A DNA stretch of 64,000 nt. It comes from Candidatus Schekmanbacteria bacterium (lineage in GTDB: Bacteria; SZUA-182). Position numbers and translations under genes: made by a program. Positions 1 through 8,335 of this stretch are shown here, piece by piece. The stretch spans positions 1,779 through 65,778 of the forward strand of contig JACRJN010000131.1 of assembly GCA_016235675.1 (NCBI GenBank). Reading direction: 5' to 3'. The notes under the pieces are model-generated. The model was not told the origin of the DNA. It was given only the letters and a program-made list of their open reading frames with translations, and searched no databases. Each line of letters begins with the position of its first letter. The stretch's first letter is position 1.

Positions 1-262
1 AAATAATATCCAGGACGCGCCGGATTTGGTGGTGGAGATAATTTCCGAAAGCAGTGTCTACCGGGATTCGGTAAGAAAAAAGAAGCTTTATGCCAAATTC
101 GGGGTCAAAGAATTTTGGCTGGTCGCTCCTGAAGAAAAAATGATTGAGGTTTATAATTTGGACAATCAGAGGTACCGTTTAAGCCAGACTTGTTTTTATA
201 ATGACAGCCTGGAATCTCAGGTTTTGAAAGGCTTCAGGATGGATTCGAAGGATATTTTTTAA
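1..262 (+). CDS. Uma2 (DUF820) family putative endonuclease, 5'-truncated by the window edge
   Basis: The C-terminal sequence ('VVEIISE..YRDSVRKKKLYAKFGVKEFWLVAPEEKMIEVY') is closely similar to the C-terminus of the complete Uma2 ORF at 4772..5323. Confidence 0.6.
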   Translation, partial: NNIQDAPDLVVEIISESSVYRDSVRKKKLYAKFGVKEFWLVAPEEKMIEVYNLDNQRYRLSQTCFYNDSLESQVLKGFRMDSKDIF

Positions 263-359
263 ATCAATCACTATTCATTTGTCATGGTTTCGGCTTTTCT
301 CAAGCCAAACATCCTAACATGAGTTTTATACTCTTTTCGAATACTCCGGGGAATAAGTA

Positions 360-590
360 ATGAAAAATTTAACACGAATCACATTTGACCCCAATGTGAT
401 GGGCGGGAAGCCTTGTATCCGCGGATTACGCCTCACTGTTGGAACTATTGTCGGGCTGATTGCTACAGGATATTCCACTTCAGACATTTTGAAAGCATAT
501 CCTTATCTGGAAGAAGACGATATTCGCGAAGCACTTAAATACGCCGCCTGGCGAGTTGAAGAAATCGAATTACCCTTGGTACCCATATGA
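360..590 (+). CDS. DUF433 domain protein (antitoxin-like)
   Basis: 76-aa ORF 'FDPNVMGGKPCIRGLRLTV..' typical of DUF433. Its stop overlaps the start of the next ORF in an ATGA arrangement. Confidence 0.55.
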   Translation: MKNLTRITFDPNVMGGKPCIRGLRLTVGTIVGLIATGYSTSDILKAYPYLEEDDIREALKYAAWRVEEIELPLVPI

Positions 591-949
591 AACTGCTGGT
601 TGATATGAATCTTTCTCCTATGTGGATTGAATTTTTCGAACAGCAAGGGTGGCAAGCACTTCATTGGTCAACAGTGGGTAACCCTCGTGCAACTGATATT
701 GCAATCATGGATTGGGCGCGGGAAAATGATTATGCGGTATTCACTCACGATCTTGATTTTGGAGCTTTGTTAGCGGCTACCAGCGCTGACAAACCTAGTG
801 TTATTCAGGTACGTACACAAGATATTATGCCCCATAGTTTAGGCCCCAAATTAGTAAAAATATTACGGCAATATGAATCAGTTCTTAATAATGGGGCATT
901 GCTAACTGTGGACGAAAACAAGTCCAGAGTGCGTATTCTACTTTTTTAG
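587..949 (+). CDS. DUF5615 / PIN-like (Mut7-C) domain protein, putative toxin partner of DUF433
   Basis: 120-aa ORF 'LLVDMNLSP..' with a 4-bp overlap onto the upstream DUF433 gene; the DUF433-DUF5615 pairing is a known arrangement. Confidence 0.55.
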   Translation: MKLLVDMNLSPMWIEFFEQQGWQALHWSTVGNPRATDIAIMDWARENDYAVFTHDLDFGALLAATSADKPSVIQVRTQDIMPHSLGPKLVKILRQYESVLNNGALLTVDENKSRVRILLF

Positions 950-984
950 CAACCAGTAATCACATAATTTCTAGGATTAAACCT

Positions 985-2025
985 ATGATCAACATTTCTT
1001 ACTCCGATTTAAGCTCCGATCCCCGCTATGCCTTTGCAGTCGGGAAAATCAGGGCGCTGGAAACAAACCTGATCACCAATCAGCAGGTCAACCGCCTGCT
1101 GGAGACCAAAGACGCCAACGCTCTTTGGTCGGAATTGGGCAATAACCGGGATTACGAAGCGCATCTGGCCCAATTCTACGATCCCCAGGATTTCGAAGCG
1201 GTTTTAAGCAGCGAATTGAAAAGGGTCTACGCTTTAACCCTGGGGATTTCTGCTGAGCGCACCGCCTTGGAATTACTGGCTTTGCGCCATGATTTCCATA
1301 ACTGCAAGGTTATCTCCAAAGCGTGCTTTTTGGGCGAAGATACGGATAGCAATTTAAGCCCCTTAGGAACGTGTCCCCCCAAAGAATGGGAACAACTCAT
1401 GGTTGCAGAAAAAGAAGCCGGGCTGTGCCGGTTACCTGCCGATTTGATGCAGATTGTCCGTGATGTGCAACAACAGCTTATCGACGAACAAAACTTGCGC
1501 CGGCGGGACATAATCTGGGATCAGGCGCTTTATCAATACCTCTCCCGCCACGCCGAAAAATCGAAAAATCTGTTTGTGCAGACCTGGCTGAAAATTCGCA
1601 TCGACGGCCTCAATTTGCTGACATATGTGCGCTGTATCAGGCAAAAGTCGGATAAGGGATTATTGAAGCTGGCTTTAATTGACAGCGGCACGATAGCTTG
1701 TGAAAAATTGCAAAACGCCTACGAAGGCGGCTTGGAAACGCTGGCCTCCCTGCTCTCCCCTACTCCCTATGCGGGAATGATCCAGGAGGGGCTGGCCTGT
1801 TATAAGCGGGACAACTCCTTTTCCTGTCTGGAAAAACTGTTCGACGATTACGAGATGGAGTTTTTGTCGCAGGCGCGCTATGTCTCTTTGGGGGTGGAGC
1901 CGTTGTTTGCCTATTTATTGGCCAAGGAGACCGAGATCAAGGTCTTGCGCATCCTGCTGGTGGGCAAAATAAACCGCCTGGACAAGACGGAAATCAGTAA
2001 ACGGGTAAGGAGGCTTTATGCCTAA
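985..2025 (+). CDS. atpC: V/A-type ATP synthase subunit C
   Basis: 346 aa. N-terminal 'YAFAVGKIRALETNL' and C-terminal 'EIKVLRILLVGK' match the subunit C (d) family. The gene lies immediately upstream of subunits F, A and B. Confidence 0.7.
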   Translation: MINISYSDLSSDPRYAFAVGKIRALETNLITNQQVNRLLETKDANALWSELGNNRDYEAHLAQFYDPQDFEAVLSSELKRVYALTLGISAERTALELLALRHDFHNCKVISKACFLGEDTDSNLSPLGTCPPKEWEQLMVAEKEAGLCRLPADLMQIVRDVQQQLIDEQNLRRRDIIWDQALYQYLSRHAEKSKNLFVQTWLKIRIDGLNLLTYVRCIRQKSDKGLLKLALIDSGTIACEKLQNAYEGGLETLASLLSPTPYAGMIQEGLACYKRDNSFSCLEKLFDDYEMEFLSQARYVSLGVEPLFAYLLAKETEIKVLRILLVGKINRLDKTEISKRVRRLYA

Positions 2026-2350
2026 GATGGCGATTTTAGGAGAAAGGGACGCGATTTTGGGCTTCAAAGCCGTGGGAGTGAATGTTTTCCCCATCAAAAA
2101 CACCGATGAAGCGGAGGCGGTTTTGCGCAAACTGGCAATGGAAGACTATGCCGCGATCTTTGTCAGCGAGCGTTACGCCCAGGATTTGGAACTGCAAATC
2201 AAGGAGATCGAGCGCTCCGGCGGCATGTTTCCCAGTATCGTAATTATCCCCGGCCCCGGCGTAAATCAAGGGTTGGGAATGAATAAAATCAAAAACATGG
2301 TTGAGAAAGCCCTGGGTATGGCTATTCTTTCCACAGACGAAAAACAATGA
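2018..2350 (+). CDS. atpF: V/A-type ATP synthase subunit F
   Basis: 110 aa, 'MAILGERDAILGFKAVGV', with size and position (between C and A) as expected. An RBS GGAGG precedes the ATG. Confidence 0.7.
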   Translation: MPKMAILGERDAILGFKAVGVNVFPIKNTDEAEAVLRKLAMEDYAAIFVSERYAQDLELQIKEIERSGGMFPSIVIIPGPGVNQGLGMNKIKNMVEKALGMAILSTDEKQ

Positions 2351-2360
2351 GGTTTGACAT

Positions 2361-4112
2361 ATGCAGGCAGGAAAAATAATCAAAGTGGCTGGCCCTTTGG
2401 TGGTTGCCGACGGCATGGTTGACGCCAAGATGTATGACGTGGTCAAAGTCGGCCTTGAGGAACTGATCGGCGAGATTGTGGAAATCAAAGGCGATAAAGC
2501 CTCGATTCAGGTCTACGAGGAAACGGGAGGCATCGGCCCCGGCGATCCGGTGATCACTACCGGTATGCCGCTTAGCGTCGAGTTAGGCCCCGGATTGCTG
2601 CAAAGCATTTACGACGGTATTCAGCGCCCGCTGGAATTGATCTACGGCAAGGTCGGGGATTTGATCACCCGCGGGGTTAACGTCCCCAGCCTGAATCGGG
2701 AAAAGAAATGGGCGTTTACTCCGACTGGCAAAACGGGTGATAAGGTGCAGGCCGGGGATATTTTGGGCACGCTGCCGGAAACCAGGGTTATTACCCATAA
2801 GGTGCTGGTTCCGCCCGGAATCGAGGGAGAGATCGTTAAGATTGCGGCAGGCGGCGAATACACCATTACCGATACCATCGCCCGCATTAAAACCAAAAAC
2901 GGTGAACAGGATATTTGTATGCTGCAAAAGTGGCCGGTGCGTATCAGCCGTCCCTTAAAGGGTAAGCTTTCGCCCAAAGAGCCGCTTTCCACCGGACAGC
3001 GCATTATCGACACCCTCTTTCCCCTGGCCAAGGGCGGAACGGCTTGTGTTCCCGGCCCCTTCGGTTCAGGCAAGACCGTAGTGCAGCATCAGTTGGCCAA
3101 ATGGGCATCTGCCGAGATTGTGGTTTATATCGGCTGCGGCGAGCGCGGCAACGAGATGACCGACGTTTTGATCGAACTGCCGGAGATCGAAGACCCCAGA
3201 ACCGGTGAATCGCTGATGCAGCGCACCGTTTTGATCGCCAACACCTCAAACATGCCGGTGGCCGCCCGTGAAGCCTCGGTCTATACCGGGATCACCCTGG
3301 CCGAATATTACCGCGATATGGGCTACCATGTGGCGCTGATGGCTGATTCCACCTCCCGCTGGGCGGAAGCCTTGCGCGAGATGTCGGGACGTCTGGAAGA
3401 GATGCCCGGAGAAGAAGGCTATCCGGCTTATCTGGCGACCAAGATCGCCGATTTCTACGAGCGCGCCGGTCGGGTCAACACCCTGGGCAGCAACGGCAGA
3501 GAGGGATCGATCAGCGTTATCGGAGCGGTTTCCCCTCCCGGCGGCGACATGTCCGACCCGGTGGTGCAGGCCACCCTCAAGGTGGTTAAGGTCTTCTGGG
3601 GGCTGGACGCCAATTTAGCCTACCGCCGGCATTTCCCCGCCATCAACTGGCTGCAAAGCTATTCACTGTATATGGACAACCTCAAGGATTACCTGACCGG
3701 AGAAATTGCCCGCGACTGGGTCACCATCCGCCAGAAAGCCATGGCGCTGTTACAGAAAGAGGCGGAACTGGAAGAAATCGTACGACTAATCGGCAAGGAC
3801 TCCCTCTCCCCTACCGATCAGCTAACCCTGGAAATCACCAAGATCATCCGCGAGGATTTTCTGCATCAGAACGCCTTCCACGCCCAGGACTCCTACACCT
3901 CGCTGAACAAGCAATATAACTTGCTGAAGCTGATTCTCACCGCCGAAGAACTGTTCCGCTCCGCAGTCGAAGCCAAAATTCCCTTAAAGCGCATCCTCTC
4001 CATCCCGGCCCTGGAAGAAATCGCCAAAGCCAAGTTTATCACCGAAGACAAACCGGAGGAGATCGAAGCCATCGGGCAGAGATTGAGGGAGCAGGTAGGG
4101 GGGTTGAAGTAA
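2361..4112 (+). CDS. atpA: V/A-type ATP synthase catalytic subunit A
   Basis: 583 aa with Walker A 'GPFGSGKT' and conserved A-subunit blocks; an RBS is present. Confidence 0.95.
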   Translation: MQAGKIIKVAGPLVVADGMVDAKMYDVVKVGLEELIGEIVEIKGDKASIQVYEETGGIGPGDPVITTGMPLSVELGPGLLQSIYDGIQRPLELIYGKVGDLITRGVNVPSLNREKKWAFTPTGKTGDKVQAGDILGTLPETRVITHKVLVPPGIEGEIVKIAAGGEYTITDTIARIKTKNGEQDICMLQKWPVRISRPLKGKLSPKEPLSTGQRIIDTLFPLAKGGTACVPGPFGSGKTVVQHQLAKWASAEIVVYIGCGERGNEMTDVLIELPEIEDPRTGESLMQRTVLIANTSNMPVAAREASVYTGITLAEYYRDMGYHVALMADSTSRWAEALREMSGRLEEMPGEEGYPAYLATKIADFYERAGRVNTLGSNGREGSISVIGAVSPPGGDMSDPVVQATLKVVKVFWGLDANLAYRRHFPAINWLQSYSLYMDNLKDYLTGEIARDWVTIRQKAMALLQKEAELEEIVRLIGKDSLSPTDQLTLEITKIIREDFLHQNAFHAQDSYTSLNKQYNLLKLILTAEELFRSAVEAKIPLKRILSIPALEEIAKAKFITEDKPEEIEAIGQRLREQVGGLK

Positions 4113-4172
4113 CATAGGGTAGGGTGGGCTGCGCCCACCATTTTGATGGGCACAGCCCACCCTACAGGCTAC
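4113..4172. repeat. GTAG-headed palindromic element (family J: GTAGGGTGGGCTGCGCCCACC inverted pair)
   Basis: An inverted pair 'tagggtgggctgcgcccacc' / 'ggcacagcccaccctaca' is seen here. Related copies occur at 4648..4745, 11945..12035 and 29222..29246. Confidence 0.8.
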
Positions 4173-4192
4173 ATGAAAAAAAGGGTTGCTTT

Positions 4193-4432
4193 GTGGAGAT
4201 AAATTTTTCTCGTCATGCCAAGAGAAGAGCCAGGTTATACAAAATCCCTGACTCAACAATTCTTAATCTTTTGGAATCGAAAATTTGGAACCAGGGAAAT
4301 CATGAGATTACAAAAATTGTTGCGGGGATTAAATACCCATTGAAAATTGTGTTTAATGTTGAAGACCATATTTTAACTGTAATAACTTGCTATCCTTTAA
4401 AAAAAGGAGCTAAGGGTGAAAGTATATTATGA
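4193..4432 (+). CDS. DUF4258-like protein (putative toxin of a DUF4258/DUF2283 pair)
   Basis: 'FSRHAKRRARLYKIPDSTILNLL' resembles the DUF4258 H-A-x-x-R motif. The tracked ORF begins inside the upstream palindrome, so the first in-frame start after the repeat (GTG at 4193) was chosen. The 3' end overlaps the DUF2283 gene. Confidence 0.45.
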   Translation: MEINFSRHAKRRARLYKIPDSTILNLLESKIWNQGNHEITKIVAGIKYPLKIVFNVEDHILTVITCYPLKKGAKGESIL

Positions 4433-4643
4433 CGACGAAGCAGACGCCCTTTATCTAAAATTGGGAGAAGAAACGCCGGAAGGGGTAATAGAGCTAGCCG
4501 AAGGGGTTAATCTGGACACCACTGCTGAAGATAAGATAGTAGGGATAGAAATTTTGAATGCCTCCAAGAAGATTGATTTAAAAACAATATTATCTTATAC
4601 CCTGGAGTTTGAAAAGGATTTAATAACCCAAGAAGCGGCCTGA
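4416..4643 (+). CDS. DUF2283 domain protein (putative antitoxin partner)
   Basis: 75 aa 'MKVYYDDEADALYLKLGEE' is a characteristic DUF2283 N-terminus. It uses a GTG start with an AAGGAG RBS. Confidence 0.65.
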   Translation: MKVYYDDEADALYLKLGEETPEGVIELAEGVNLDTTAEDKIVGIEILNASKKIDLKTILSYTLEFEKDLITQEAA

Positions 4644-4647
4644 TAGT

Positions 4648-4745
4648 AACGTAGGGTGGGCTGTGCCCACCAAAGGCTAACCAGGGCAATTTGAACAGCG
4701 ACATATGGGCGAAAAACAAAAGGTTGGCAAAGCCCACCCTACATA
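4648..4745. repeat. Family J GTAG palindromic element pair
   Basis: 'gtagggtgggctgtgcccacc' ... 'gcaaagcccaccctacat' form inverted arms around a ~50-nt spacer. Confidence 0.8.
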
Positions 4746-4771
4746 AATAAAACTCAAGGAGGTGAGCACCC

Positions 4772-5323
4772 ATGCAGGGTTTGGCGATAAAGCAAAAAAA
4801 ATATACTTATCAGGACTATTTAAAAACCCCGGACGATATGCGGTATGAACTAATTGAGGGAGATTTAATAATGACACCGGCGCCATATATTCGACACCAA
4901 AGAATTTCCAGTAACTTGTTTTTCAAGATGAGAGATTTCACAAGCACCAATAATTTAGGCGAGGTTTTTTACGCTCCCTGCGATGTCTACTTAGACGATG
5001 AGAATGTTGTTCAGCCGGATATACTCTTCGTTTCCAAGGAGCGTCTGGAAATTATCACGGAAAAGAATATCCAGGGTGCGCCGGATTTGGTAGTGGAAAT
5101 TGTTTCGGAAGGAAATGCTTACCGGGACACCATACAGAAAAAAAGACTATACGCCCGTTTCGGGGTGAAAGAATATTGGATAGTGGCACCGGGGGAAAAG
5201 ATGATCGAACAATATCATTTGAATAAGCAGGGTTACCAATTGATTAGGACTTATTATCATGAGGATCATCTCATATCCCAGGAATTGCAGGATTTCACGA
5301 TTGAATTGAGGGAGGTTTTTTAA
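4772..5323 (+). CDS. Uma2 (DUF820) family putative endonuclease
   Basis: 183 aa with a strong RBS. It is a paralogue of the truncated ORF at 1..262. Confidence 0.7.
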   Translation: MQGLAIKQKKYTYQDYLKTPDDMRYELIEGDLIMTPAPYIRHQRISSNLFFKMRDFTSTNNLGEVFYAPCDVYLDDENVVQPDILFVSKERLEIITEKNIQGAPDLVVEIVSEGNAYRDTIQKKRLYARFGVKEYWIVAPGEKMIEQYHLNKQGYQLIRTYYHEDHLISQELQDFTIELREVF

Positions 5324-5327
5324 AAAA

Positions 5328-5387
5328 TGTAGTTACCTGATTTATCAGGGAACGGCCTGCTGGTACCCGATAAATCGGGTAACTACA
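5328..5387. repeat. Family I REPIN-like element (outer stem GTAGTTACC/GGTAACTAC, inner hairpins CCTGATTTATCAGG and CCCGATAAATCGGG)
   Basis: The palindromic structure is directly visible. A second copy lies at 25116..25173. Confidence 0.85.
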
Positions 5388-5415
5388 AATGGCAGCATAA
5401 CACAGGAGGAATAAA

Positions 5416-6816
5416 ATGCCGAAAGAATACCGAACTGTGGCCTCGGTTTCCGGACCGTTGATTTTAGTGGACAAGGTAGAAAGCATTAAATACGAAGAAC
5501 TGGTGGAAGTGGAACTGCCCGGCGAACAAATCCGTCTGGGCAAGGTACTGGAGGTCTCAGGAAATACCGCCCTGGTGCAGCTTTTCGGTACATCTACCGG
5601 CATCAATATCTATCAGAGCAAAATTCGCTTTCTGGGCAAGGGGATTGAACTGGGGGTTTCTCCCGATTTATTGGGACGGATTTTCGACGGCCTGGGACGC
5701 CCGATCGACAATGGCCCGCGCATTATCCCGGAAAAACGCCTGAACATCAACGGGAATCCGATCAACCCCTATGCCCGCGATTATCCCTCGGAGTTTATCC
5801 AGACCGGTATTTCCACCATCGACGGCCTAAATACACTGGTGCGCGGACAAAAATTGCCCATCTTCTCAGGTGCCGGTCTCCCGCACTCCCAAATGGCGGC
5901 CCAAATCGCCCGTCAATCCAAGGTTTTGGGCAAGGAAGAAGCCTTTGCCGTGGTCTTTGCCGCCATGGGCATCACCTTTGAGGAATACGAGTTTTTCCGC
6001 CAAGATTTCCAGAAATCCGGTGCGCTGGAACGCTCGGTGCTGTTCGTCAATCTGGCCAATGACCCGGCGGTAGAACGCATCGCCACCCCGCGAATGGCCC
6101 TGACCGCCGCTGAATATCTGGCATTTGAGAAGGATATGCACGTTCTGGTTATCTTAACCGATCTGACCAATTATTGCGAAGCCCTGCGCGAGGTTTCCGC
6201 CGCCCGCAAGGAAATACCCGGTCGCCGCGGTTATCCCGGTTACATGTATACCGACCTGTCCACGATTTATGAACGCGCCGGACGCATCAAGGGCAAAAAG
6301 GGATCGATCACCCAGATTCCCATTCTTACCATGCCGGAAGATGACAAAACCCATCCCATCCCGGATTTGACCGGTTATATTACCGAGGGACAAATTATCC
6401 TGGGACGGGCGATGCACCGCAAAGGCATCTATCCCCCAATCGATGTCTTGCCGTGTCTTTCCCGCTTGCGGGATAAAGGCATCGGCGAGGGCAAGACCAG
6501 GGAAGACCACGCCGGCTGGTCGAATCAATTGTTTGCCGCCTATGCCAGGGGTAAAGAGTCTGAAGAATTGGCGGTTATATTGGGTGAATCGGCTCTATCG
6601 GCAGCCGATAAAACCTTCCTTAAATTCGCCCTGGAATTTGAGCGGCGGTTTGTACAGCAAGGGGCCTATGAAGACCGGGCTATCGAGGAAACTTTGGCTA
6701 TCGGCTGGGAATTAATGGCGGCACTTCCGAAAGCCGAACTCAAACGGGTGAAAGAGGATCATATCGCTAAATATATGCCGGCGGGGAAAGAATTAGGCTT
6801 GAGGCTTGAGGCCTGA
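5416..6816 (+). CDS. atpB: V/A-type ATP synthase subunit B
   Basis: 466 aa with conserved regulatory B-subunit blocks, preceded by a strong RBS (CAGGAGG). Confidence 0.95.
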   Translation: MPKEYRTVASVSGPLILVDKVESIKYEELVEVELPGEQIRLGKVLEVSGNTALVQLFGTSTGINIYQSKIRFLGKGIELGVSPDLLGRIFDGLGRPIDNGPRIIPEKRLNINGNPINPYARDYPSEFIQTGISTIDGLNTLVRGQKLPIFSGAGLPHSQMAAQIARQSKVLGKEEAFAVVFAAMGITFEEYEFFRQDFQKSGALERSVLFVNLANDPAVERIATPRMALTAAEYLAFEKDMHVLVILTDLTNYCEALREVSAARKEIPGRRGYPGYMYTDLSTIYERAGRIKGKKGSITQIPILTMPEDDKTHPIPDLTGYITEGQIILGRAMHRKGIYPPIDVLPCLSRLRDKGIGEGKTREDHAGWSNQLFAAYARGKESEELAVILGESALSAADKTFLKFALEFERRFVQQGAYEDRAIEETLAIGWELMAALPKAELKRVKEDHIAKYMPAGKELGLRLEA

Positions 6817-6927
6817 GGCTTGAGTAATGAGATTTGAGGTAAAATCACAGGCAGGATGCCTGTGCTACCGTAGGGCGAATTTGTATTCGCCCTCTTTCCC
6901 TCAAGCCTCAAGTCTCAAGCCTTTTTA
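6796..6927. repeat. Composite palindrome: GAGGCTTGAGGCCTGAGGCTTGAG heptamer-like arms enclosing a family C hairpin
   Basis: Arms at 6800..6830 and 6895..6925 are reverse complements. The internal 'cacaggcaggatgcctgtgctacc' is a family C hairpin. The element sits between the convergent atpB and PHP genes and is a likely terminator. Confidence 0.75.
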
Positions 6928-7571
6928 TTACAGCGATGAACCAAATTTCGGGCATTAACCCAAATTTGCTCTATCTGGGACTCGGTCAGCCCTGCGCCGA
7001 TGGCTACTTTAATGGCTTGTTCCTGCGAAATGAGGTCATCCGGTTCATGAGAGTCGGTATCAAGTATTAAAGAAGCATCTGATTTTGCGGCCAACTTGGC
7101 CACATGGCCGTTTGTCAGGGAATGTCCCTTACGGCTGGTAATTTCCAGAAAAATATGACGCTTTGCCGCCAAACGGACGTCTTCTTCGCTGATCAAACCC
7201 GGATGCGCCAATATATCGATGTCGGATTTTAAGGCATAATGATTGGTGCCAGGAACAACCGGCTCGGCTATGGTTTCCCCATGGACAACGATAATTTTAG
7301 CGCCCAGGGAGCGGGCACGGTACGCCAGATCGGGGATGAGCTTAGGCGGAACATGCGTTAATTCTATGCCGGGGATAGCGGTTATTTCCCAATGCTGATT
7401 AGCGGTTTGACAGGCTTGAATAATACGCGGGATTACAAATTCCAGGTTGGACGGATCGGCATGATCGGTCAAAGCGATGGCTTTATAGCCTTTAACGACG
7501 GCGTGGCGTATCAATTCCATCGGAAGGAGAACGCCGTCACTGAACAAAGAATGGGTATGAAAATCAAACAT
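6915..7571 (-). CDS. PHP-domain (histidinol-phosphatase-like) metal-dependent phosphoesterase
   Basis: 'MFDFHTHSLFSDG' and 'ALTDHAD' are PHP-domain motifs. Confidence 0.7.
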   Translation of the reverse strand: MFDFHTHSLFSDGVLLPMELIRHAVVKGYKAIALTDHADPSNLEFVIPRIIQACQTANQHWEITAIPGIELTHVPPKLIPDLAYRARSLGAKIIVVHGETIAEPVVPGTNHYALKSDIDILAHPGLISEEDVRLAAKRHIFLEITSRKGHSLTNGHVAKLAAKSDASLILDTDSHEPDDLISQEQAIKVAIGAGLTESQIEQIWVNARNLVHRCNKKA

Positions 7572-7573
7572 GT

Positions 7574-7933
7574 CTATTGAGCTAACTTAACGGTAACATT
7601 TTCAAAACGAGTCATCAATTCTTTCGCTTCCTGCATAAAACTATTCAATAAAGCGTCGCTGCAACATTGCTTACTTCTCAATTCATCACATAATTTACTG
7701 TTATCTAAATACAAGGTGATATTATTCGCGCCCATCCCCTTAGCCCTTCTTAAGGCAACTAAAAGCGCACAGGAATCCTGAATATCTTTGTTAGCCAAGG
7801 TAGCATTTTCCCGGATAATGCTCAAAAGGTTATCTTCATCATCTTTAACCATTACTTCAACGTAGCCGCGTGAATAGGGTTTTATCTGCTTTTGGCCATT
7901 TACAAATAAAATTAAGTGATTAAATCCCGCCAT
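7574..7933 (-). CDS. Hypothetical protein, possibly a degenerate RNase H-like fold
   Basis: 'DSCALLVALRRA..ITLYLDNS' resembles the TNNxAEL..TDS blocks of RNase H, but the catalytic residues are substituted. The ATG at 7933 was chosen. Confidence 0.3.
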   Translation of the reverse strand: MAGFNHLILFVNGQKQIKPYSRGYVEVMVKDDEDNLLSIIRENATLANKDIQDSCALLVALRRAKGMGANNITLYLDNSKLCDELRSKQCCSDALLNSFMQEAKELMTRFENVTVKLAQ

Positions 7934-8045
7934 AGCCCTCACCGCCTTTTTAAACCCAATTAAATTATAGCATCTTACTATTTAAAATGCAATTGAAGTA
8001 GTTTGTAAAATGTATCGCAGATAACACAAAGAAAAATAATATTTT

Positions 8046-8305
8046 GGTAGCGTTCTCAATAAGAGACCTAAAGCGTCAAAAGCGAGGCAGCCTTATCGCC
8101 GAAGCAATCTCATGTGCACGCATGGAGATTGCTTCGCTTCGCTCGCAATGACGCTTCAGGTCTGCGGTATTTCTACGCTACCAATAATTTTACACTAAAC
8201 AGTCATGCTCCTTCAGAACGACACAAAACATGAAAACATTCCCCCCTGCCGTAGTGCCGGGGCTTTAGCCCCGGTAGTTCAGCCCTGAAGGGCTGGAACT
8301 ACGAA
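8046..8305. repeat. Composite intergenic element: family D long hairpin (GTCATTGCGAG../GAAGCAATCTC) plus a family B'-like GTAG element
   Basis: 'gcgtcattgcgag..gaagcaatctc-loop-gagattgcttc..ctcgcaatgacgc' is flanked by 'ggtagcgttctc'/'tctacgctacc'. It is followed by 'gtagtgccggggctttagccccggtagttcagccctgaagggctggaactacg'. Confidence 0.8.
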
Positions 8306-8335
8306 ACTACGAAACACAAACAGGCATTTAGCCTT

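Noticed and set aside
4124-4192. N-terminal 23 residues of tracked ORF 4124..4432 ('MGCAHHFDGHSPPYRLHEKKGCF')
   Set aside because: They are a translation of the family J palindrome. The start was moved to the first plausible in-frame start after the repeat (GTG 4193).
2036-4259. Many antisense or out-of-frame ORFs inside atpA (e.g. 2036..2488 -, 2583..2927 -, 2642..3073 -, 3004..3249 -, 3893..4153 -, 3984..4259 -)
   Set aside because: They are fully embedded in a highly conserved gene on the opposite strand or in another frame. Compositional shadows are typical of GC-balanced coding sequence; none has a recognisable domain.
5295-5606. ORF 5295..5606 - (103 aa)
   Set aside because: It spans a family I repeat and the antisense of the atpB start, with low-complexity Ser/Thr-rich translation and no RBS.
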